A DNA stretch of 62,883 nucleotides, the filler included, from Intoshia linei (taxonomy: Eukaryota > Animalia > Orthonectida): NCBI GenBank assembly GCA_001642005.1. It is 8 parts of 8 records of this genome, joined end to end, with 100 filler letters (N's around TTAATTAATTAA, not from the genome) between each part and the next. Parts side by side here need not be neighbours in the genome. Positions count along the whole stretch, not along the records: positions 47,812 to 54,149 come from LWCA01001684.1; positions 54,250 to 58,283 come from LWCA01002001.1; positions 58,384 to 62,883 come from LWCA01001924.1; 5 more parts are not named here. One strand, given 5' to 3'. The translations under genes and the position numbers were made by a program. This document shows positions 50,453 through 62,883 of this stretch, piece by piece (position 1 is the first letter of the stretch; each line of letters opens with the position of its first letter). The notes under the pieces are model-generated. The model was not told where the DNA came from, did no database searches, and was given only the letters and a program-made list of their open reading frames with translations.

Positions 50453-52790
50453 TGAAAATATTTAGATAAATTGCAAGCACTAAAAAGAGGTCTTTTGAAA
50501 TTAAATTTTCATAATACAAGTTAATGTAGTTGGATTTATTTAGCTTCAATTAATTTCTTCCTCTATTATTTAAACTTAATTTATTGTTTTGAGAAGATTT
50601 CATTAATAGCTAAGAATTCTGTTCTACCAGCTGTGTTTATGGAAATGCAAGTATTAAACATGTTGGAAATCATTGATTTAACGAGATCCTTAATTCTCGT
50701 ATGATTTTTTGGTCAGTTTCTCTATTTTTGGTTTAATATTATATGTCCCCGTTCAGATTTATCAATTTGATTACTTTGTTTCCTACGTTTGATACATTAT
50801 ATGATTATTCCTTGCCAAATTGTATTTATAAATTTAGTTGCCATTAATACGTGTGACGGCTGTATTAGCTAATCGAGATGATTTTGTTGGTATTTTAGCT
50901 TTAAAAATTTACAAAAAATTGAAATCAATTAAATTTGACAAACATAAATGCGACTCCGATGATGAAAATTTAAAGGTATTTTTTGTTCAAATCATCACAT
51001 AGTTATTTAAAGTTTTGATATTTAAAATATTGCAGTATCCTTCATATTCATTAGTGAGTTTACTAGTTTTAGTCTATTCTAAATAAAATAATTTTGATTA
51101 AAATTTTTAAAACAACCGATTTTATCAAGTTTTTTATATTTTAATAATTTCTGCCGACGGTCATGTATAAAGTTAAAACATTCTATTTTAATTCTTTGAG
51201 CTAAAAATTAAGTTAAAATTTAATGTTATTTTTTTGTAGTATGAATTACAAATGCAATATTATATATACTACTATTGTATTGTAATTGTATTTAATGATG
51301 ACACTTATAATTAACAATAAACAATTATACAATTGTAATTGATGCACTGTATTATATGGAGATATGAAAATGTAACAAAATCCTATGATTAATCTCAGAA
51401 TTATTTATCTTAGTGTACAACGATTGTAATTAATTTAGATAATTATCTATTTAATTGTTTCGATTTTAATTGCTTTAAATCATAATTGTGCTTAAATTCA
51501 TTTTGCATCATTTCTGCACAACACATTTAACATTAGCTTATTTTTCATAATCTGATTATATTAATTTAGATGGATAAAAAATCTGGTAATATTTTAAAAC
51601 GTAGATAAATAGTGTTAAATTAACCAAATATTTTTAGTGATCGACACTAATGTCGCCAAGTCTAATACTCGAACCAAGTTATACTCTGGAAAATCGAAAG
51701 ACCACAGTTTTGTTGGATTTTTCATTATATATTTTTATTTTAGCCGTTTGTTCCCTCCAAGAACTTTGCACGAAAAGTATGCGCAAAAATTTGCATTGTA
51801 ATTTTTAATTTTAAACAAAATTTGGGAAACTTGGTCGCACTTATTGAAATGTTTCAGTCAATAAAAACTAGGCAAGGTAGTAAAATTGTGATTTTATGAG
51901 TAACATTATATTTACAAAATTCAAAATTATAAACTTATGTATTTTGGTAGGATAAAAAATTTATCATTTTTCAAATTTTGATAAAAGTATGAAGATGAAT
52001 AGTTGTCTAAATTATAATTCTTCAAATTTATGAATCTTACATTTTAGTCATTGTTAAATTCCCCAATCTTCCTGAAGATACCATTAAAGATATTATCCAA
52101 AAAGCTAACGTTGGTCAATTGCGGAGATTTGAATCTTATAATCCTGTAAAATTGTTTGTAATTTATATAATTGATTATTTTAGAACCTTTGTCATTTAAC
52201 TGATGATGTTTGGGAAAGTTTGGTTAGACAAAAGTTTAGAATTAATTCAATGATACTGAAAAAAAATGAAACATTTCGTGATTTGTATTTGGTATTTTTT
52301 ATTCTATAGTTAATCTTTACTGTTAGTTTCAAATAATTGTAGGACGAATTTGTAAATTAGGATTATTTAAACTAGTTGGGTCTCGGAAATGATCAATTTT
52401 TGTGGTGGTTACTTTTTGTATTTTTGGCTCATATTATCTGATAACATTTTAAAAGATAAATGTAAAATCAAATCACACGGAAAGTTTCCACTTGAAACTT
52501 GATATTTTTATTTTTTCAGCGTTTTAGTAAACAATGAATTTCTATGTTTAATAAAAAGTGTTTATATTTTATATTTTAGCGCTATGAAACTTCTGAAAAC
52601 AAAAAATTGCAACTCCTGTCTTTAAAATTGAAAGCACGAATGAGTCATAAAGAAAACAGTAATTTACATATTATTTTACTTTATAAAGTCTAATTTGGGT
52701 TTTATACGGAGGGATATGAGTTTTAGTCCTTATCAGCTTTAGAATTATCAATATATTCGACAAATTCTGCTTTTCAAAGTGTTATGTGAG
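50453..52790 (+). CDS. ELOA: Elongin A (transcription elongation factor B polypeptide 3); termini uncertain
   Basis: Missed by the ORF track. Small exons give NTRTKLYSGK | VCSLQELCTKSMRKNL (BC-box) | NLPEDTIKDIIQKANVGQLRRFESYNP | NLCHLTDDVWESLVRQKF..ETFRDLYL | RYETSENKKLQLL. Confidence 0.8.
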
Positions 52791-53289
52791 TATTGTAAAT
52801 ATTGTTAGGTTTCTGAACTTTGTTTATCTAATTAAAAAGAATATTTTTATATTAACGCAATGTAAATCAAAGTTTGCTAATTTTTGTGGATATTTTTTTA
52901 AATATGATATATTTTGTAAACTGGTTCTACTTTGACATGGTGGTACACTCTAATTCCTCGTTGAGGGATTTTTAATTTGAAAAATGACAAATTAGAGGAT
53001 TTTTGTTTATATCTTTATTTTGAATTGGCATATTGTGTAATAGTGCGCGTCACATAATTAGCATAAATTTGTATGAATGTAAAAATGCATTGCCATTATT
53101 AGATAGTTGTTGTAGAACAAGCAGCGTTGTCTTATGTCCGTAAATATCTAATTCATGGTTTCATAACCTTTTTTAAATTTAGTACCCTTAGTCATATCCA
53201 CTATTTCTAATACAACTGTAAAAAATAGAAAAGTGGTCCACTACATGCAAAAACTTTCCGATCCCTAATTTAAGTCTTAATAAAGATGT

Positions 53290-53925
53290 ATAAAAAGTGT
53301 ATTATTTGTTGTAGTACAAAATCAAATATTTTTTAAAAAGTTTCTTTGTTTTGTTTTGTTTTGTTTAATTGTATCGTGAAGAGTATGAATGACCATTTGT
53401 TCGTTCATATTACTTTTAATATTTTTACAATCATATAATATTACATTCTGAGGTGTTTCTAATGTTCCGATTATAGTATTAATATCCATTTAAATCAGTT
53501 TCGTCCATAATGATAAAGATTAATTTATTAATACAATAATTTTTTATTCTCTTCATTTCTTTCAAATACAAAGCATCAATTTTATTTCTGCAATTGCTTT
53601 CAGATGGCAAAATTATTCCATTTTTTTAAATATTGTTCTTAACTCGACGTTATATAACTTTTTAGAGGTATGTCCGCAGATAGAATTGCTTCCATCATTT
53701 CTGTTGCAAAGTCATTCGATGTTTTAATTGAACTTCCAATACTGACAATATGCATAAAACTCGTTTTGCTAATTTGCGGTGTAATTAAACAAAGTTTAAT
53801 TTTGTAAAAGTAACATTGCAACATTTCATACAAAATAAATTGTCGTCATTCTTAGTAAATTCATTAGGATCAAGTTTTGTAATATTGTAAATTTTTTCAT
53901 ATTTAGATTTCGCATATTTTTGCAT
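53290..53925 (-). pseudogene. CGGBP1-like/hAT transposase remnant
   Basis: PNEFTKNDDNLFCMKCCNV, DFATEMMEAILSADIPLK, LPSESNCR, IFIIMDETD; paralogous to 10571. Confidence 0.7.
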
Positions 53926-55618
53926 GCTTAAAAAAACATTAATTATATAAAAGTATTGCTAAATTACCTATATTGTGAATAGAAATAAGTTAAGAATAAA
54001 TAAAAACTGCTTTTAGTGAGTAGTAAAAATTAATAATAAGTTTATTTACTACAATCATGCATAAAATATAAGTACAAAACAAAACGAAATTGTATAAAAC
54101 AAAATTCATGTTTGAAAATATAATTTAACTTTTAAAAATAAAATTTAACNNNNNNNNNNNNNNNNNNNNNNNNNNNNNNNNNNNNNNNNNNNNTTAATTA
54201 ATTAANNNNNNNNNNNNNNNNNNNNNNNNNNNNNNNNNNNNNNNNNNNNTTGATTTTTACAAACATTTGGAAAATCATAGTGAATTATGTAAAAAAATAA
54301 TTTCCAATGATAAATACCTTTAAATTTCAAATTGTTAGAACTTTCAATTCAAATTTTATTGTTCTTTATTTTTCTAAGACATTTCGAAAAGTACTTATTT
54401 AGTACTTATAAAATCTGGACACTTTAACTTAGACCATTTTTAGCAACCGACTAAAAATTGATACGATATTGTATCACCAATATGCATAATTTGCAGTGTA
54501 AAATTTACATTTTGTACTTAGAATTGTATCTAATTTTGACATGCACAATAAAAATGCAACAGTCAAAAAATGTGCTAAAAACAGATTAAAAATACAGTCA
54601 ATTTATGGTTGGTTTAGAACGAACAATGTAGGTACGACTCCCATTATAAAATAAAAATATTATTATTAATGTATTACGTGCTACTGTCAGATTCATAATT
54701 GCCAAAAGTACAAATACAATACTAAATATATCCATTTTGATGTCAAATATATTATTGCTAGAAAATAATAAAATTTGGTTTCAGCTTAGAAAAATTTAAT
54801 TAAATATTTGCACAATATAATATTAAACAAAGTAAATATATTTGTATGACGTTTTTACGTATGATTTGCTGTTATGTATTTCGTATAAAGTTAATACTTC
54901 TGTTTATACGATAAACAGTAGCTGGATATGATGAGAGTAGACTTTTATACTTATAATGTATATTATATCTAACAAATTTTGCTTATATTCTTAACGAAAA
55001 TATTAACTTGTTCAAATCAACTACATTTCAGTTTTAACTTTTGTCAAAACATTTTTCTATTTACACAACAGTTAAAGATGAATGAAGAAGTGTCTTACCC
55101 ATCTTTTTTGGTATTCTTCCTCTTTTGTTATTCAACACAATTTGTAAAATACTTTACTAATATAAAATTGAATGTCAGTGTGTGTTACCGTATATTTAAA
55201 AAATTAAAAGTTGTAGAATTAAAAAACACCAATCTCTAATACAGTTTTTCGAGAATGATGTTAATATTTAAGTTTCACATTCCTAAATTTAGTTCTTCAG
55301 AGCCAAAAACCCAATTAACTATTTTTTCTAAATCCACCTCAAAATATAAAAAAAACATAAATTATGTACGATCAATCCATTTTAGACTAATAAATAAACT
55401 ATTATTGTAAAAGTATATCATTTTATTGATGACGTAATAAATGAATCATCTATTTCAATAGTTCTCAACCTTTTTCTTGCTTTCTTTAAATTTCAACGTG
55501 ATTTAAAACTTAAGTACACAAAATCGTAACTAATTCTGAAAAATGGTTTCAAAAATTTTAGTTTTATATTTTAAATCAATGGCGAGTTATAGAATAAAAT
55601 GTTAATATTTTCATATTA

Positions 55619-55688
55619 CAGTAATAATCGTATGGCGAGATACACAATTGGCGAGTTATAAAGTTGGCGAGTTGTAGAGAGATTACTG
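55619..55688. mobile_element. Tigger/pogo-like mini-MITE
   Basis: cagtaat / attactg ends with three internal tggcgag repeats. Confidence 0.5.
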
Positions 55689-57742
55689 CATATATATAAA
55701 CTATACAAATAAGTGCTTAAAGCAGTGGTTTTTAACCGGGCTGCATAATCAATTTTTAAGGTTCACAGATCTATTTTCAGTTTTTTTAATTACATAAATA
55801 AAATAATTAGTTAAAAATTAATTATTGTCGTGTCGCAAAATTACGAGATTTTAGAATTTAATCAAAAATAATTATCTCTTACCTCTAACCCCATTCCTTA
55901 TCATTATATCCTATATTATATCATATTCCTATCAACCCCATTTCAGCGATATTCAGTATGTTTAACCTATTAACCGGGGTGGCAACAGCTGGAAAATTTA
56001 TTTAAAATTATAAATTATAAATTTAGAATTTTTGCGAACCACCAAATTATATTACCATGGTATATAACATTGATCCGTTTTATCAACAAAAATTAATTTA
56101 TTATCGCAAAATTCGCAATTTGTAAATAAGTTGTTACATTTGTAACATTTGAATCGATTTAATTAAACTTTTTAATGTGTTTAGGTAAATTATTACTGTG
56201 GGTAATGGGTTAACATGAAAAACGATACTTTGTTTTACAAAACTTTCGTATGTCTACTCGGAAAGGTAGGTATATGTTAGGGGTGTGTAATGTTCGAACG
56301 TTTTATTAAACTTTATTAAGTTTAGTTTTATTAACATTAACATGGTCTAATAACACCTTAAATAAGTAGCAACGTGAACATGAAAAAAAAAACAATTTCA
56401 GTGTTTATCAGTAATTTTAGAATGTGAAACATAAATATTGACATAAATCACATTTAAAATTTTTATTAGCAATTTTTAAATTTATGATTTTAAAATCCGT
56501 ATCAGAGTGTAATTTTTTTAAATTCTTGAACTCGTTTGATTTTTTGAAATTTTATAAATACATACGTACGTTATGTACGTAAGTTAGATATTTTTAAAAA
56601 TTAAACAAGTTCAAATTTAAAAATTTATGCTAGATGGCTTATTCTACTAAAGCCCCATAAATTTAAAATGCAAGATATATTGCATTTAAAATCAAGAACT
56701 TTGCAATATCAACGTAACATTTTGACTTAAAAACTACTTTTTAACATTTAAAATTTTGTGCAAAATTACAGGCTCACAGTTGTACAAAGTCAATAAAAAT
56801 TGCATCATCGAATTTGACAGATGTGGGTTACAGATTTTTGATACTTTTAGTCTTCACTCTATTCCAAGCCCTATTAAGTATAAATATTGAATCCAATAGA
56901 TTTATACCTTCAGTTTGTTTTTCTGAAGATATTCTCTGTGCCATTTAACTAATTAATTCAATTTGATAACACTGTCCAACAAAATTTCGACAAACTGACC
57001 GAAACTTCTGTTATATGTAAGTGAACCAGTATACATCTATTTTTAAAAAAAATTATTAATTTTAAGATTGACTTTGGATTTAATTAAGGGTCAAAGTTTG
57101 TATTTTAAGAGGTACATTCTACCGTGAGGTCTATTTACAATTAATATTACATATTACAAATGGTAAAATTGACAGATATACATACACGTTTACATATGTA
57201 TAAAAAAAATTGTCATTAATTATGTAATTACCTTAATTAATTAACTCTAATTTTAAGGTAAAATCGACAAACAATATGAAATAAAAATTTTCTGGATGTA
57301 CTACTTACATTACATAGGGTTAATCCTAGACCATTGGTTCCTAACCGGAAATGCATAATCAATTTTTGGGGTACACAGAGCTATTTTCAATTTTTTTTAA
57401 TTACATTAATAAAATAATTAGTTAAAAATTAATTATTTTTCGAAATGAGTCAATTTACATAATTGATATTTTTATTATCAACAAAAAGATTAGATATAAG
57501 ACATAATTTCATATTGTTAATACTTATTAAGACTCAGAAAATAGACGAATTAAGTAGTAGCGAATTAATTAGTAGGAAAACTAATACATAACAATTGATT
57601 AACAGTTAATAATTAACGTTCATTGAATTTATTCACAATCATTTAATAATCAAATTAATTTTGTATTTTCGACTTTTTTAAGGTATACAAATTATGTATT
57701 TTAATATATAAATTATCATAGAGTTTTTAACCTTTTCTAAGT

Positions 57743-58283
57743 ATGTCTAAAAGAAGACAATGAAATAACAATTACGTAGAATTTGATTTTACCTGTCGTA
57801 ATGATGCAGATGAAACCGAAAAACCTCAGTGCATTTACTTGTCGGCGTTTTATGCAATAATAGCATAAAGCCAAACCTCCTACATAATCATAAAAATATA
57901 AAATACTCAAACCTCACTGACAGTGTTGAAGTTATCGCTCGAAAAAGAACTAGGTGTAACAGTTGACAATTTATCATTTCTTCTCAATGTAACAAAATTG
58001 TAGAGGCATAATATCATGTTTCTTACCTGTTTTCTAAACAAAAAAAGCATCATACCATCGGAAATGTTGATCAAACCCTGTACTCTTAACATTTGAGAAC
58101 TTCTACTTAATGAAAAACAAAAAGGGGCACTTATATCAATTTGTTTGTAAAAGGATTAAAAATTTAGCAGAATTTATGGAACTTTAAGTTATGGATGAAC
58201 TTCAAAAAACCTTGTAAAATTTAGTTTATAATTGGACGAATCTACTGATGTGTTTGCAAGATATATTGTGAATGATAACATTA
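57743..58283 (+). pseudogene. Buster/ZBED5-type hAT transposase remnant
   Basis: MSKRRQ*NNNYVEFDFT..EKPQCI, EMLIKPC, LDESTDV; preceded by TIR-like cattggttcctaacc at ~57332 (copy at ~55723). Confidence 0.75.
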
Positions 58284-60649
58284 NNNNNNNNNNNNNNNNN
58301 NNNNNNNNNNNNNNNNNNNNNNNNNNNTTAATTAATTAANNNNNNNNNNNNNNNNNNNNNNNNNNNNNNNNNNNNNNNNNNNNTATCGGTGATAAAGCGT
58401 TTCTAATCAATTGTATCAATAAAAACGACATAACTTTTAACCACCTAATAGGTGAAGATAAATTTTCCATTGTTAAATTATAAATGTAAATTAATTGTGT
58501 ATATTATTGGTCGAAAAATTCAGCCTACGAGTCAACACTTGTTAAGCCCTTTGAAGGTTTTTTTTGCCTTATTTTCCAGGATTTGTTAAATAGGATTTAA
58601 TTTACAAATTTTTAAACAAGTTGTAATAAACTTTGAGCTTGATATTGTTAGTCTTGGTAACCGCACAACAACACTATTAGTGTAACCGGACAAAATTCAA
58701 TTAGTCACGGTCATTACTTGCATAAAAAATATTTGAATTTTTTCTATAAACCGTACGATTAAAAAAAATTATAAACACCATGGAGGAAGAGAATAACCGA
58801 TATTCACAAAAAATTTCTTTTGTACATCATTATTTAGTTTTATAAAGGAATATTGGCCATCAAAAAGTTTAACTTTATCAATCCAATATTATTTTTTTCA
58901 GGAATTAAAAACATTTGAGTGTCTGTAGTTGGGTTTCTAATCAATTTTTTACGCTTTGCAATTTTCGATGAGAATTTATGAAAAATTTTTTGTCACATCG
59001 CATAATACATACAAATTGTACACCCAAATTGGGTGACCCAATTTACATATAATTTTGTTATCAGGAGTAATATAAAATTCTATGGGAAAATCAATTAAGT
59101 AGTATAACACTTTTGTATAATTTGAATCATTAAATAATAATTGAAATATTGATCAATATTTAAAATAATGTTAAAAATTAACTTTTATTGGCCTACAAAG
59201 CCTCGTTTGTCACCTGTTTAAAAACTTCATTTAAATTATCAGAAAGTTATAATTAACATTTTTTACATACAAATAAACTAGAAAAAGGATACATTTTTGA
59301 ATTTACTTTTTAAATAAAAAATTGCTATAATTATAATATACAGACTCTGTATTAGAGAGGTGGGGAAAGTTCGGCCTTATTGACGATTTGGTACGGCCTA
59401 TTGAATAATATTAATTACTTTTCATTTAAAATTATTTTATTTATTATATTATTTTTAAAAAATTAATTTTTAATAGAATGGGATTTTTCAGAAAAATATT
59501 GGTAAAATTGTAGTTTTTTCTCATAAGATTTTGCTAAATTGAATAAAATATGCCAAAAAATTATCATTCACCCCAATCATCTAAAATTTTTGTATTCACC
59601 CCACGAGAAGCACTGTTGTATTTGATTAAATTTTTTTGGGAAGTTAGTTCTGCCTTCGAACAGTAAATGCTTCACACCTCTGGTCTACTATATGACCAAA
59701 GGTGTTACCAGCATTTCTGGTTATACTACCAGCATAATTAAAAATTTTCCTTATTTTATTAAAATACAACTATACATTACTGCAGAGTTGCCAGATGTTG
59801 AAATTTTATTTCAAAACCTAAACGACGGCTTAATTATATTTTAAAAATCCCACTTTGATCCCACAAAATTTAATAAAAAATACCATTTCAAGCCCTTTAT
59901 GTAAAAATTCCTTCTTACGATTTTACAAAACGTTAAACCTAAAGTTAAGGTAAAATTTGCTGGTAATAAAAACCAACAAAGGGTTGTTGGTACGCGCAAA
60001 TCGACCACTCTTGTATATGACGTATTTATTAAGCCCTTCAGATATACATTTATGAATCGATTTGGACTAAAAACATCTACTCTCATTTTTGAATTCAATA
60101 ACAATCCATACTCACAACTCCTAGACCTCTGTATATAGTGTATCGGGTGATATAAAAATTAATTATACATTCTTACTAGATACATGTCCGGTTGAAAAAT
60201 TAATTTCAAAATGTATTAAGTAAAGTCCATACAAATTAAATGTAAAGTTAGTTTTTTATTGATAGTAAAATATTTTATAGAATAATGAAGTCCCATATGA
60301 TTGGAAAAATCGTTTCCTATCATAAAATAGAATCAGCTGCTTTGATAAAATCGAATATTCAAGTTTTTAGTGACTTTTTAAAAATGGTATTAGTAGTTCA
60401 TCATTATTTAATGTATAGCATTTTGACAAACCAATTCGAACGTGGGCACTATTGAAAGATAAAGAATATAAAATTGGCGATTATGTTTTGATTAAACAAC
60501 TATCCAAACCACATTCACTTGAAATAAAATATGAAGTAAAAAATGTTATTTTCGAACATGGAAATGTTATCGACCGATTAACAGAACAAAAATTGTACGA
60601 TTAAATATTTATAAACAATTTAGAATACATAACAAATTAACAATTTATC

Positions 60650-62183
60650 TTATTTTTCTTCCAATTCATTTTTATCGGAGATATTGTCACATCCATATTT
60701 AATATTGTAGGGGATGCTTTTATTTGTGTATATATTGTCCATGGACTGTGTATTTTCAATTTTTGTGGGCATTATCATATTTATGGGAGATATTTCGTTT
60801 TCCAACTGTAATTTTAGAGGACGATATTCATGACTAGATGATGAAAAGTGGTTGGAATTTTGGTTTGTACAAGAGTTTTCATTAGGTTTTTTATAGTAAC
60901 TGGGATTTTCATTTCCTTCATTGTACACTTTAATTTCATTATAAGAATTACTATTCAATGGCGAATGACGTCTCACAACTATAGAATCGGAGTATGCATG
61001 TTGGCGTTCTTTATAGTTTTGAAAACCAATTCCACAGTGAGATAATTTTAAGGATTTTTTTAGTTCTTCCATTTCCAATTTAGCCTCTTGTTGTTTAATG
61101 AATATCAGTAATTCTTCATTTGTAATAGCATTATTTTTGGTTATCCATTGATGATCTAGAAGTTGTTCGAGGTTGGGTCGCATTGATTGTCTGTGATTCA
61201 AACAACTCGAAATGAATGACTTTGCTAAATTAGAAAGATTTTTGTTTTTATATTTAGGTGAAGCTGCAACTATAAGTTCATCGTTATCGAAAGGTACATC
61301 TCCGTATAACATGTTATATGTTAAAATTCCAATTGACCAAACACAAGCAGGAATGGCGTAGTAGCAATGATATGCTACCCATTCAGGGGGGCTATACACT
61401 CGGGTACCTAAAATACAATGTAGCATGTTTTTAAATTTATACCGTCGAAATCTGTGTACAATGCTTTCTTTAGAGGCGCTGCACCACCAAAATCAATCAA
61501 TGTTATTTTTCTTGTTTGCAAGTCTACTAATATATTTTCGTCTTTAATATCCCGATGTACGATTCCTGCAGCATGTACTTGTTGTAATGTCTCTATCAAT
61601 TGTTTGATCATATTTGCTCCTTCTATTTCTGTTAAATAATTTCTCTTTGTAATGTAGTCAAATAAGTCCATGGAAGGAGTAGGTCGTTCCATTATAACTA
61701 TGTATGAGTCCGACCGTTCATAAACTTCCAGTATTTTTATGACACTGTCAATGTGTTTCAACTTTGTAAGAATGTGTATTTCAGTTGGGATCAGAGACAT
61801 TTTACTCTAAAAATATATTAGAGGTGTATAGATTCAAATTTACCATGCACCAGGAAGGTATTTTTTTTCTAGGAATTAGTTTGAAGGCAACCTAAAATTG
61901 AGGTATTTACGAAGAAAATAAATTAACCGGTTTGTCATCCATTTTTCTGGTGGCAGCAAAAACTGTTCCAAAACCTAAAAGTTTAGTTTTATTTGGTAAA
62001 TTTGTCGAAAAGTTTATATAAAATCATACCACCAGATCCTAACGGACTTGTTACATTATATTTATGCATTACGGAACAACGTTTATTCATCAAAAATTTT
62101 GGTATTCCATTTTCATCTTCTTCATTTTTCGTATAGCTAATGGGAAGAGATCCGACAGATTCGTCTACTTTCATTCGATTCAT
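60650..62183 (-). CDS. PIM: PIM-family serine/threonine kinase
   Basis: LGSGGFGTVF, VAFK, hinge MERPTPSMDLFDYIT, HRDIKDENIL, DFG, YTDFDGTRVYSPPEW; introns 61975-62029, 61892-61927, 61807-61843, 61408-61442. Confidence 0.95.
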
Positions 62184-62613
62184 TTAAAAAATTTAAAATA
62201 TAATATTTAAAGCAATAAAAATTAAATTTTTTGAAATTTTTAACAGAAAAACTAGTTTTCAAATTGTATAATATTCATAATCCAGTTACTATTACATTCA
62301 AGGCAATATTAATTATCAATAATTAAAAATGTGTACTTATCGTCATATTAATTGTCTTTACAAGTACAAAACGACTCGAACTAGAAACAATGACTTCTTG
62401 TGGATTAATATCATACATAGTAACCTATCATTATATCTTAGATTAAGTCTTAGTCTAAGATAGTTCATTCATAGAGCTTAGTACTAAATTAGTCACTGGT
62501 AGTGTTTAATATTTTTAATTGGTTTCTATATTAAAAAAAATTTAAATTTTAACTTTAAAACATAAATTCTTTAATTTACTAATTTTTTGAATATATAATT
62601 ATATACTCCTTAA

Positions 62614-62787
62614 CAGTGGCGGCTCGTCATAGAGGACTGCAGGGCTGCAGCCCTCCAGAATTTTTACCAACTTAAAAAAAATTATTTACAAAATTATAAT
62701 TTTATATTACAATTCAATACTCAATTCGTAATTTCTATTGAAAATGTAATACTATGGGCTGGATTGTTTGCAGCCCACGACTAGTGA
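62614..62787. mobile_element. GC-ended MITE-like element (CAGTGGCG start); a second start at ~62806
   Basis: cagtggcggctcgt..ctgcagggctgcagccc with a distal gcagcccacga inverted match. Confidence 0.45.
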
Positions 62788-62883
62788 ATTTCAGTATGTA
62801 GTTTACAGTGGCGATTCTCCACCTCGTGTCACTCGTGCTCAGCACGAGTAGACATTTTGCGAAGTTGATAAATTTAATAATTT

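Overview
Very AT-rich eukaryotic (metazoan) genomic scaffold. It has compact, fast-evolving genes, many ~35-41-nt GT-AG introns and seven artificial N-TTAATTAATTAA-N gap spacers. Intron size and composition resemble the orthonectid Intoshia linei (inference only). Host genes reconstructed by manual splicing: NDST-like heparan sulfate enzyme, SmD1, EED/esc (cut by a gap), NUS1/NgBR, MRPL9, two divergent head-to-head beta-tubulins, TRMT61B-like methyltransferase, rabenosyn-5, Elongin A and a PIM kinase, plus decayed RFC1-BRCT and SUN-domain sequences. Long introns and intergenic DNA are filled by a non-autonomous Helitron family, Buster-type hAT MITEs with 8-bp nnnTAnnn TSDs, Tc1/mariner/pogo MITEs, a MULE remnant, CGGBP1-like/hAT transposase relics and a Ty3/Gypsy pol relic. 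Most unusual observations: a beta-tubulin with a lysine-rich basic tail in place of the acidic E-hook; both tubulins lacking E198; an NDST whose deacetylase metal ligands are lost while the sulfotransferase motifs are intact; a MITE that duplicates a splice donor in EED; and a candidate Sm-site small RNA next to SmD1. Family assignments come from motif recognition by eye, not database searches.
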